In this document: positions 1 to 13,300 of the stretch, piece by piece
Layout: every line of letters begins with the position of its first letter
How positions within the stretch are numbered: the stretch's first letter is position 1
Assembly: GCA_039096225.1 (NCBI GenBank)
Contig: JBBPEB010000022.1
Location: 41,681-105,680, forward strand
Direction: 5' to 3'
From: Blastocystis sp. Blastoise
Lineage: Eukaryota; Protista; Bigyra: Opalinata
Length of the DNA stretch: 64,000 nt
Made by a program: the position numbers and the translations under genes
Notes under the pieces: generated by a model
What the model saw: the letters and a program-made list of their open reading frames with translations, nothing else
What the model was told of the DNA's origin: nothing
Databases searched by the model: none

Positions 1-199
1 GAGTTAAAATGGATTTGTTCTCATTGTGACTGTTGTTGAGAAGAGGAAGTCTAAAAAAACTATAAACAGTTAGATATATGTATATAATGTCAAAATTTAA
101 AAGGTATAATCTAAAAGAGATAAAAATAAGTTTAAAAAAAGAGAAAATATATATATATATATAATATGTAAAAAATATTAAAGAAAAAGAAAAATAAGA

Positions 200-266
200 C
201 TTCATGTCAGGAATTGAACCTGAAAACAATCTATAATGATTGTTTCTCTCCTTCTGGAGCATAAAG
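200..266 (-). ncRNA. Atypical tRNA-like cloverleaf, copy 1
   Basis: Minus strand reads CTTTATG-CTC(CAGAAGGA)GAG-AAACAATC(ATTATA)GATTGTTT-TCAGG(TTCAATT)CCTGA-CATGAAG. It has a 7-bp acceptor-like stem, a GG-containing D-like loop and a canonical T-arm/B-box, with no connector nucleotides. Confidence 0.75.
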
Positions 267-810
267 GGAGTTTATAAATAATAATAATAATCAAATATAT
301 ATATTTATATATATATAATAAGAAGGAAATGAAGTGGAAGGATGAGGAAGAAGGAAGTAGGAAGGATTAGGAAGAAGAAGTAAGAATAAGGAAGGATGAG
401 GAAGAAGGATGAGAAAGAAGGAAGTAAGAAGAAGTAAGAATAAGGAAGGATGAGGAAGAAGGAAGAATCCAGAATGAAGAAGAAGTAAGTAAGAAGAATC
501 AAAGATGAGGAAGAAGGAAGAAGGAAGTAGGAAGTAGGAAGCATGAATGAAGAATGAAATAGGAAGAAGGAAGCATGAATGGAGAAGGAAATAGGAAGAA
601 GGAAGAAGGAATGAAGAAGGAAATAGGAAGAAGGAAGAAGGAAGAAGAAGGAAGGAAGAAGAAGTAAGTAGGAAAGATGAGGAAGAAGGAAGAAGTAAGA
701 AGGAAGAAGAACGAAGATAGAAAGAAGAAAAAAAAACTAAGAAGAATATTAAACCTATATACAATAAATAAACATAATAAATAAATAAATAAATAAATAA
801 ATAATAAACA

Positions 811-860
<50 letters not shown>

Positions 861-1420
861 TAAATAAATAAACATATAAAAAAAATGAATAAATAAATAA
901 TAAATAAATAAATAAATAATAAAAAAAAAGTAAACAATAAATAATAAAAATAATAAATAAAATATAAATATATACCTTTAAAATAACCTTGAACGACAGA
1001 TTAAAGAAGGAAAATATTTAGCAACGAAGACCACAACACATCCATTAAAGTTTCTTTCCTATAGAATAAAAATTATTAATAATATATAGAATAAATTATA
1101 TGTAAAGACTAAATAAATAATATTGATAATAAAAATAATAAATAATAAAAACGAATTAACAAAAAGAAAAACAGATCTTAAGAAATAAATAATATATTTA
1201 TATACCTGATCATAAATAAACCATTTTACACAGCCAAGACCACTTCAAGAACACTTCAACACCACAACCAAGGAAAATACAAAAGAATCCTATAGAAAAG
1301 TGTATTATTTTAAATAAATAAATATATACATACAAATATATATAAAAATAATAACTAAACAATATCAAATAAATAAATAAAACATACTCAGTCAATCAAT
1401 ATAATTAAATATTTAAAAAA
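267..1420 (-). ncRNA. Putative spliced lncRNA (or decayed gene) with U/C-rich terminal exon leading into tRNA-like copy 1
   Basis: First donor GTATGT near 1387, GT-AG bounded exons at 1289-1206 and 1058-976, and a terminal exon from 754 made of TTC/TTCC-rich sequence. No uninterrupted spliced ORF. Confidence 0.45.
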
Positions 1421-1648
1421 AGAGTAAAGAACTATGTTTTTTGGGTACCCAAAATGATTTTAAATAAGAATGACCCAATTATTACTTTAGTAACAAAATC
1501 AATAAAAAATTAAGGTTTTTTTTTATTTCTATTATGTTTAAAGAAGCATATTTTGAAAATAGACCCTATTATATTTATTAATACAAATGAAATAGGATTC
1601 TTAAATACATATTCAAATACTTAATTGTATATTATATTATTAAATAAG

Positions 1649-2811
1649 ATGTCTGAAAACAACAAAATGTCATCCAGGAGGAGGCCTGGAAATAAAAAAT
1701 AATTTATATTTCAAAGAAAATCAGGTTCTTCTACTCAATAAAATCCAGTTGTGTATGCTCTTGGTCTTGGTGGTACTTGCTATGATGGTCTTTAAGGTTC
1801 TTCTATGCTATTTGAATTATGCAGTGGTGGTGGTGTTGCCTGTTATGCTAACTGTGAAGGTTCTTCTGTTATTGTAAGTGATTCCAATAGTGATATCGGT
1901 GTTGATGTAGGTTCTTCTTGCTTTATAGATGGTATGTTACCAATCATTTATTTTTTTTTTATATTTTATTATTATTTTTTTATTATTTCTATATATATAT
2001 AGGTTCTTCAGTTGTTGTACATGTTAACAGTGATGTTGATAATAGATGTCTGTGTGGTGTTGAAGGTATGTTGTCATTCATTTATTTCTTTTTTTACTTT
2101 TATATATATAGATTTGTTTTATTGATGTAAATGTTGCTATGGATGTTGTTGGTGATCAGGTAGACTGCTCATATGATATTAAAGGTATATATATATTGTC
2201 ATTCATTTATTATTATTTTTTTTTTATTTATTATTTGTCTATTACTGTTTCTTTATAGGTTATTCTACTGTTGTGGTTGTAGTTGCTGAACGTATTAATG
2301 ATGAAGGTATGTCTACTTTTTAAATTTAATTTAGTTTATTATTATTTTTATCTTATATAGGTCGTTCTTTTCTTATGGAGTCTTGGATTAATAGTAATAA
2401 TGATACAGGTATATTCTTATTTCTTCCTTTCTTTTTTTTTTGATTTATTAATTATCTTTTCATTATATATAGGTTCTTCAAGTCAGTTAAGATATCATGG
2501 TGATTCCTCTGTTCCTTCTTTAGAAGGTATATATATATATTTATTGTTTATATATATTTTATCATTTATTATATTATATATAGGTGTCTTTTCTAATAGG
2601 GGATCTTATCACCCTAATGTTAGCTTTCATTTTAATAATAAAAATGTATCTAAAGGTATATATATATATATATAACAAATATTTATAATATTTCTTTTAA
2701 TATATATATGTTAGATATATTTATTATACTATCTCTTATTATATATATATATCTTTTATTTATATAGGTTCTCTTAGTTTTATTGTTATGTTTAGATTTT
2801 TTTTTTTTTAG
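1649..2811 (+). pseudogene. Modular micro-exon gene or pseudogene built of G-S-S-initiated units
   Basis: Phase-1 exons at 2003-2065, 2259-2306, 2361-2408, 2473-2526 and 2584-2655 (all multiples of 3), plus an out-of-frame 73-nt exon at 2112-2184. The ATG at 1649 is followed by in-frame TAAs at 1700, 1739 and 1793, and the frame is open from the ATG at 1805. Confidence 0.5.
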
Positions 2812-4274
2812 TTCTTTTTCTTTTTCTTTTGTTTATTATTATTATTATTTTTCACATTTAATAGCTTTCTATTATCTGCTTTCTTTATATTATTTATTTA
2901 TTTATGCTGTTGTTATCGTTTTAGCTATTCTATATTTAAATGTTTTCTTTTGCTATTTTTGTTTTGTTCTTTTTTTTTTTTTTTATTTAAATTGTGTCGA
3001 CTATTAAGATAATTCTTGAAATACTTAGTATGTTAAATAGTGTCAAGTTTTTAAATATTTGAATTAAATTTTAAAACATTTATTGTCACTTTTAACACTG
3101 TATAGTATTACTGATTTAAAACTGTCAATAATTGAGATATTTAAGTTTTGAGTTTCTCTGTTTACTAGCATTTATATTTACATAATTTTGTGAACGTATT
3201 AACTCATAAAAGTAACTTTAAGGTTGTAAAATAAAAAATATTATCTTAAAATAGGAGATTCGAAATTCTAATAGAAGTTTAATATATAATAAGCTAAATT
3301 CTACAACATATTAAAAAATAAGAGAATTTCATTTTTGAAAAGTGAATTAACAATGTGTTTGAGTTGTCTAGAAATTTTAAAGAGTTAGTATATTCTTTTA
3401 AAATTGTGTTTTCATTAGACTATGAAAATTTTGACTTTTAAAAACAAGTTTAAAGGGATTAATATTTTTAAATGTAGAAATGAATTATCCAAAGGATGAG
3501 ATTCAATATAAAATATTTTATTTATCAAACTATGAATTATATTCTAAATTATATCAAAAGAAAGGACAAAAATACACTTGACAAAGTGTATGACCAAATG
3601 TAAAATGTTTATAAAGAGTGTCAAAATGGTGACTCTTATGTTGATAGAGTTATGATGAGTATAGTGTTATAATATTAGCTTTTAAAATTAATTATAAGTG
3701 TGTCAACCTTTCAAAATGTGTTAAAAATGATCTTGAAGTCAGAGATTCAAGACATTAAACTTGAATTAATAAATAAAATAATGAGATCTATACTATGTGG
3801 AAGTTATGTCTAAAACTATTTTGATACACTTGATATCGAAATGGTAAAGTCTCTCTAAAAGTAATATTGTTGACACTTTTGTGTTTAGAAATGCTATTTA
3901 GATTGAATTTATTAATATTAATTCAAAAACTTTGTGTTTAAGTCGTTAAAGTCAAAATGAATGTTGACTTTGTTGTGTTAGATTTGTTTTATTTTTATGA
4001 AATGATTAAAATAAGTTTATGCTATTTTATTATAATCTATTTAAAATGATTTTACAACATAAAAATATTTTTCAATACTTAACATTATGACCCATTTCTA
4101 AATTTATTACCTTTAGAAACTCCATAATAATTAAAACAGTAATTTAACTATTTATAAATACAAAATATATTTTTAAAATAATAAATAACAAATATAATGA
4201 TTCAAAAAGGATTTCTTATTTTCTTCAAGTATTGTTTTTAGTTTTTCAGATACTATTCAAATAATCTATTTAGT

Positions 4275-4342
4275 TCTTATATCAGGAATTGAACCTGATT
4301 ACAATCAATAAATGATTGCTACTCTCCATATAGAGTATAAGA
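4275..4342 (-). ncRNA. Atypical tRNA-like cloverleaf, copy 2 (7-nt loop centred on TTA)
   Basis: Minus strand reads TCTTATA-CTC(TATATGGA)GAG-TAGCAATC(ATTTATT)GATTGTAA-TCAGG(TTCAATT)CCTGA-TATAAGA. Confidence 0.75.
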
Positions 4343-4511
4343 AGTGTTATTAAAATAATATATATAATATATAATATATAATATATAATAAGTAACATAT
4401 TATAGATAATATTTAATAAATAATATATATTATATAATATATAATATATAATATATAATAGATAAAAAGGAAAGAAAGTAAATAAAAACCAAACAGTTAT
4501 TATTCATTGCA

Positions 4512-4558
4512 GCCGCGGTCCGGTGCCGTTAGGCCCCGGACCTGCGGCGTGACCCTAG
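4512..4558 (+). mobile_element. Helitron-like 3' terminus (GC-rich hairpin followed by CTAG|T)
   Basis: The hairpin GCCGC-GGTCCGG-tGCC(gtta)GGCc-CCGGACC-t-GCGGC (4512-4548) ends 10 nt before the last base of CTAG (4555-4558), which is followed by T. It is an isolated GC island in AT-rich DNA. The 5' end is not established. Confidence 0.6.
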
Positions 4559-4619
4559 TATATTAATATAAGCTTAGTCAATAACAAAATAATAAACAAA
4601 ACAAGATTTTTTTTCTCAG

Positions 4620-5007
4620 TCATTTTTTTGGAAAAACCGGGTTTTTTCCAAAAAACCGGGTTTTCCCCATGAGTGTAAAATAACATTGATATAGTCATCA
4701 TCTTTGTCATAAAACCCATTACAATTGTTTTGAGCTACCCACGACACATAATCAGTAACATAATTGGACGGAACTCGTATAAAAGATGCTTTCGTTAAAG
4801 GGTTTATTACTCTGGTGTCTTTTGATCGTTTATAAAAGGTTTATTGACTAAATAAAACGTTCTGACAGTAATCATATTGTGAATCTGTTTGATAAACTTA
4901 TTAAAATTCATACTTTGAACTCTGTCAACTATTGCATTATAAATCTCGTCATAAGACTCCATAACACTCGTCAACAACGTCAAATATAGAATAATTAATA
5001 TAAACAA
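4620..5007 (-). pseudogene. Short orphan coding fragment split across two frames
   Basis: ORF 4807-5007 (MESYDEIYNAIVDRVQ...) overlaps a second open frame, TFYKRSKDTRVINPLTKASFIRVPSNYVTDYVSWVAQNNCNGFYDKDDDYINVILHSWGKPRFFGKNPVFPKK*. Joining them needs a frameshift or an atypical intron. Confidence 0.35.
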
Positions 5008-5286
5008 AGAATTGTGTATTTTTTTCCCCTTAATTATTTTCTCTATAATTTACAACAATAAAAACACTGCCATTTTGTCAAGTTTATCGCGGTAATAATA
5101 GTACTCAAAAATAGACTGTCCTGAGTCAAGTTTTACAATTTAGAGCGTCCTGAGTCAATTATCTCTTCTGTTCTTACATATTCCCATGAATATGGCAAAT
5201 TGTAGTAATTCCTTCTTTTATTCTAATTGAAGAACTACAACTCGTAGCTAGTATATTTTGTGTTAGTTTTAAGAGTTTTGTGAGGA

Positions 5287-7206
<1,920 letters not shown>

Positions 7207-7616
7207 ACAAATATTATTTCTTATATATACATCGCTTCTCTATTGTATTTCTTATAATTAAGAGTAATATATTATACATAATTTTTAAGTTTTATTTTTG
7301 TTTTGTTAATAGTAAATAATCCCTTTTTCTATCCAAATACTATACTACAAATAATATGACATTTATATTCTATTTTAATTTTTTTTTATATTTGAAAATA
7401 TAATCACATTATTACTTATGCTATAGGTATTATCTAAAGAGAATACTTTTTCAAAACTAAATTCCATTATTACTACAAAATTGTCTATACGTTCATATAG
7501 TCGAAAATAAAACAAGCGAATAACTAATTTATTACATAAAAAAATAAACTAAATAAACAAAATTTATGTATAGTATATAAACAACAAAAGAACTGAATGA
7601 AAAAATAAAAAAGAAT

Positions 7617-7700
7617 TGCCAGCTGTGGGGTTTGAACCCACGCATGCGTTCGCATAAGGGATCTTAAGTCCCCCTCCTTGGACCACTCGGACAAACTGGC
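7617..7700 (-). tRNA. tRNA-Leu (anticodon TAA)
   Basis: GCCAGTTTGTCCGAGTGGTCCAAGGAGGGGGA-CTTAAGA-TCCCTTATGCGAACGCATGCGTGGGTTCAAACCCCACAGCTGGCA folds as a canonical cloverleaf with a long variable arm. Confidence 0.96.
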
Positions 7701-8307
7701 TTGTAACTTTTATTTTTCTAACTCTATTTGTACCATATTAAATAATTGTATGTCACAAATGCATCTCTTTTATTCTTCATTTTATTCAAATTTTATCAAC
7801 ATTAATTCTATTTGAAATCTACAAATTATTAATATGAAATATATATTATGACTTCAATCGGAATATCTCTAGAATTAATTAAAATAAAAAAACGAATAAC
7901 ATCTTGTTGGTCAAATAAATACTACTGATGCATAAAATTATTAAATAAATGCTATAGAATACATATATCAATTTATAAACGTTTTTTAAGCATTCTTATG
8001 TACGAAAAAGAATTGAAAAAAAATAAAATTTTTGAATCACTCTTTGTATAAATTATTCATGTGTTATATCATTGTTTTTGGATTATAAACAAAAAATACG
8101 TTAATTATCTATATTTTGGAAAACATATTTTGTTTGTAGTTCATCAACTTTGTTTATTGAGGAAACGACAATAAATTACCATTTCATAATTACATTATTT
8201 TTTAACAATTCAAAATAAAACTTTTCATATTACGTACGATACATGCGCATGAATTTGAGTTGATTAATCGAAATAAAAGCAAATGCATATTTTTTTTTAC
8301 TATTTAC

Positions 8308-11136
8308 ATGGATTTAAAGAACTTAATAAAAAAGAAAAAACTCGTTAATGAGTATGATCAAGCACAAAAAGTATTTACATATAAATATAATGTATGTTTG
8401 ACAATATAGAATGTGATTGATGGAAACTCTATTGATAATTTGAGTTCAGCAAATATTTTAAAATGGATGACAAACAGTGAAAACTTCAAAAACTCTACTT
8501 CTATGGCTATTGATGTTGATAAGTATTTCATTTTTATCTCTGTTTCTATGTATAGCAACAAAGAATCTCAAAGTGAGGATATATCTCAATATGAGATTGT
8601 ATTTAATAATACTGACATGAATACACACAAAAAGAAGTATAAAAATAATCAATCCACTTCAAATCCTTCATTAATAAATGAAAATAATAAAATGGCTATC
8701 TGTAAAAAAGATATATCGGATACAATAGGTCAATTTATTATTACAAATGAACAAACTTATGAATCCAATGTATATATTTTTTATTATAGGATACTATTGA
8801 GTGTTTTATACTAATACTATTATTTAGTTCGATATAGGTAATTGTATTATCTATTGGGCAACAGATAGATTTTATGTAAAGAATAACATAGCTTTGTATT
8901 TAGCAATGGAAATCAGGTAAGCATTCATTATTGTAATAATAACAATATTCATTTTATTAAGAAATATTAGAATAAATTAAATATTAATATCTATATATAG
9001 TATGAAGATGAGTCTTCCCTTGTTAGTTATGTCTGTTTTTACTAATTTTATTGAAATCCCTCCAAAACCATCTCAAATACAATTATATTCTCAAATAATT
9101 CAATTCCGATGTGAATTATACATTCATTTTATTCCTTATTTATGTGTTTTTACTGATGATATATATGATACTGTCACTAAATATATATCTATCTATAAAC
9201 CTAAATATGTAATAACAGAATATTCAACAAGTATTTCATACTCTTCTTGTCTTGAATTACTTCAGATCGATTTCCCGCGGTTAATTATTCAAGTATATCA
9301 AGACTTACTTGGTATTTCAAAGAAATGTATAGAGGGACAATTAAATACATGTATTTATTTAATTATATAATAATTGTGTAGCGTTTCAAATTATATATGT
9401 TTATATTAATAGTTATCTCTCTTTATGTTTAGTAACAGTATTTCCTTCTTCCTCAACTCTTTCTGCAATAACATCAACACTTTCTTCTTCTCTTCTTTCT
9501 CTCTCTAATCAATTATCAATTTATACTCCTTCCTCTCTTCCTCTCTCTAGTCAACAGTATTTCTGGAAAAATCATGAATATATATCAATTTTAACAGACA
9601 TAAACTCTATTTCCCTTGATTCCCTGAATAGTTCTATCTATACATGTTTTCCTCTATTAAATACAATAGATCTATATAATAAAACTATAGAGTCTATTAC
9701 TCGATCTATTCCTTCTATTTATATTCCTGATGATACTATTCTAGAATGTGATTGGAGTCATATATATATGTATATACAAAGCATGAACAAGACACTTCAT
9801 TTTGAGGGTAATCTATATATATATTGATATTGAATATATTTATATATATTGGTATTTAATTTTATTTTTCTCATTATTAGTATAGTATATGTATATTATA
9901 ATTGAATATCTCTCTAGACCTTCTTTTTAGTGGTAGCGGATTATATACAGCGTCAATTGCTTTATCTTATCTGAATAATAATCAGTCAATTTCATCGCTT
10001 TATCATTATCTACATTTATCTCCTAATATTTATGTACATAAATCATCTATAGTAGAACTATATTCGTATATAAAGGATAATTCTATTTCTATATTTACAA
10101 TAATGCAGTATTTTAAAGATATAAATGTATGATAATTATATATATTTATATTTCTTATATTCATAGAGTATATATAATACATTTGTTGAATGGATATCTA
10201 GTTATATGTTTTCGTTAATCTATGGTCAATCTTTATATAATAGTATATCTATAACTAGTTCTTTGTTAGTATTTATATATATATATATTTATATCATATA
10301 TATAGAATATGGTATATATGATATATATAATAGCATACCAAAAGAACAGATAATTATATTCAAAGAAATGACAGATAAGTTCTTAGATATACAGTATATT
10401 GAATTTATATAATTATATATTATTATATCTACAATAGTTTATTATATAAAGTTTTTTTTGTATATTATTATTAAAGATTTATTTTTGTAATATATAACTA
10501 TATATATAGTTATACTCCTTTAGATATAAAAGAAGGAACTATTCCAAATCAACTTTATAACTGTATAATTCATTTATACCAATTATATAATGTATATATA
10601 TATTAAATAATCCTTATTTCAGCTTTATATTATTATTACATATATAATGTAATATATAAGTCTCTATAATATATATCTATATAATAATATATAGTCTATT
10701 CCATTTGTTTGTCGTGTTTATATCATTCAATATCGAATTATATTTTTATTTCATATTCCTCCATATCTATTTATAAGACCTTTATTAGATCTATATACAG
10801 ATAATACAAATATAAGTATATACATATATTTTTTTAATTGTAATTTTGAAAATATCTATATAAACAATATATATTATATATTATATATTTAAAGTGATTA
10901 CCTATGATATACTTACAGATATAATTCAAATTCTGACTATTATAGCAAATCATTATATTCAAAAAGTATTCTTTTATATATAATATTATATATGTATAGA
11001 AATATATAATTGATTCTACAGAAATAAAAAAGGTATATATTTCATAAAATACATACTTAATAGTATTATAATATAGATTATTCCAGATTTAAACAGTTTT
11101 TATCAGTATATAACAGAGTTGAAAAATAAAATATGA
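8308..11136 (+). CDS. Multi-exon hypothetical protein
   Basis: MDLKNLIKKKKLVNEYDQAQK splices to NVIDGNSIDNL..., followed by a chain of GT-AG bounded open exons. It ends ...ITELKNKI-TGA with TGTTTGTT at 11146. No family recognised. Confidence 0.6.
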
Positions 11137-11347
11137 ATAAATTTTTGTTTGTTTTTTGCTTTCATTTCATTTTATATATATTCAAAAAGTTAAATGATCA
11201 AAATAAATATTAAAAACATACATATAAACATTCAACAAAACAATAGCTAACAAAGACAACATTTACAATATAATAAAAAAAAATGAAAAAGTTAAAAAGA
11301 TACAGATAGACTGATAAAAAATAATTACTATTTATAGAATAATAAAT

Positions 11348-11810
11348 TTATGAGTTTTTGACAGAGAAATAATTAAATATGGTGTTTTGTTTTGAAGGTG
11401 TTTGCTGATCATTTGTATTGATTGAAGAAGATGTATTATTAACAATAGTAGAGTTATTTGATTCGTTATTAGTTTCTTTTCTTCGTTTTTTATTGGATAT
11501 ATTAGAATCTTTAATAGATCGTTTTTTCTTATTACTTGTATTTGAGTTTATAGAAGAAGGAGAAGAAGAAGAATAAGCTTGTTTAGTAGGTGTGACTAAT
11601 AACATACTTACATCTTGATCTTCATCACTATCTTCTTGAATAATTTGTGTACCCGTAGTAGTTATATCATTATTATTCTTTATTATAAGATTTGTATGAA
11701 TTCTATTTATTGTTGACAAAGTAGTTGAATCGTTACTTTGCTCTAAATCTGAATCTAAAATAGTAATTACTGGTGAGTTAGAATGAATAATCTCTTCTTC
11801 TTTAGAAGGT

Positions 11811-11853
<43 letters not shown>

Positions 11854-12121
11854 CTGAGATATTATTATTATCTGAGATATTATTATTATTAGATTGTATG
11901 GGAATAATTTCTTTGGTTTCTAAAACGACAGATGATTGTATACCTTTTTCTATAGGATGATTTTGACTATGTTCATTTACTAATTTATTAATTAATTCAA
12001 TATCATTATGTTCTTCATTCATCATTGTTTCTTCATCATTATCTGTTGAATCATGGAATGATGTTGATAATGTAGAATGAATTATACTATTTGATATAGT
12101 ATTTTGAGAAGACAAAGTCTC

Positions 12122-12215
<94 letters not shown>

Positions 12216-12413
12216 ATAGGTAATCTATCTAATGAAGGCATATGAAGAGTTGAATTACTATTACTTGATTCTTTAATAATTTCTCTGCTTGCTTCATCTA
12301 ATACTATAGTTTCTTGTTTCATTTCTTGAGATAAACTTAATCTTTGTTCTTTATTTATTATATTCTTCTTTGTATCTCTAATAAACTGTCTCATTGGACT
12401 ACCTTCTTCTTCA

Positions 12414-12471
<58 letters not shown>

Positions 12472-13100
12472 TAAAAGTAAATATTTCTTTATTATCTTTC
12501 TTAGGAGTATGTAATAAATCATTTGAGTCCTGTATATCTATATCTATATCCATATCTAAATTTAATTTATCTAATTCATGTTTTTGTTTTTTATTTATAT
12601 TAAATAATGAATGATTATTATTTATATAAGGTAACGATTGAGGATGAAGAGGACAACTTGGTCCCATACATATATTATTATTATTAATATTATTATTATT
12701 ATTATTATTATTAGTTATAGAAGAAATAGTAGGAATTGAATTATTTGTAGAATTTGAAAGCATATTATTCGTAGAAGATAGTGTTTTATTTGTATCTAAT
12801 TGATTTCTTATACTTTGTATAGATGAAAAACTAAAAGAAGAAATAGAATTACTATTATTATTCTCTTTAATAGGTAATAATCCACGATAACTATTACTAA
12901 ATTCATTAAAGGAATGTTGAGATAATTCGATTATTTCATGTTGAGTTAAAGTCTGTGGAACAATATGCTTCTTCTTCTTAGAATTTGAATTATTATTATT
13001 ATTACTAGTTGAACTAGTAGTAGAAGAAGATGAAATTGTACTTGAATTTGATATCTTTTGAGGGGAAACAGGTGACGAAGAAGAGAATGTAAATGAAGAT

Positions 13101-13142
<42 letters not shown>

Positions 13143-13233
13143 GTATTATTAGTATTAGTATTATTAGTATTATTATCAACAATAAAATTAAATCCTGATG
13201 AATAACAAGAAGAAGATACAGGCATTGAGAAAC

Positions 13234-13300
<67 letters not shown>

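Noticed and set aside
3103-3111. TAGTATTAC, the circovirus-type replication origin nonanucleotide
   Set aside because: No flanking stem and no Rep gene. Expected by chance in AT-rich DNA.
4500-4560. GC-rich hairpin as an HDV-like or other ribozyme
   Set aside because: A single long hairpin with no pseudoknot or catalytic core recognised. The Helitron-end pattern fits better.
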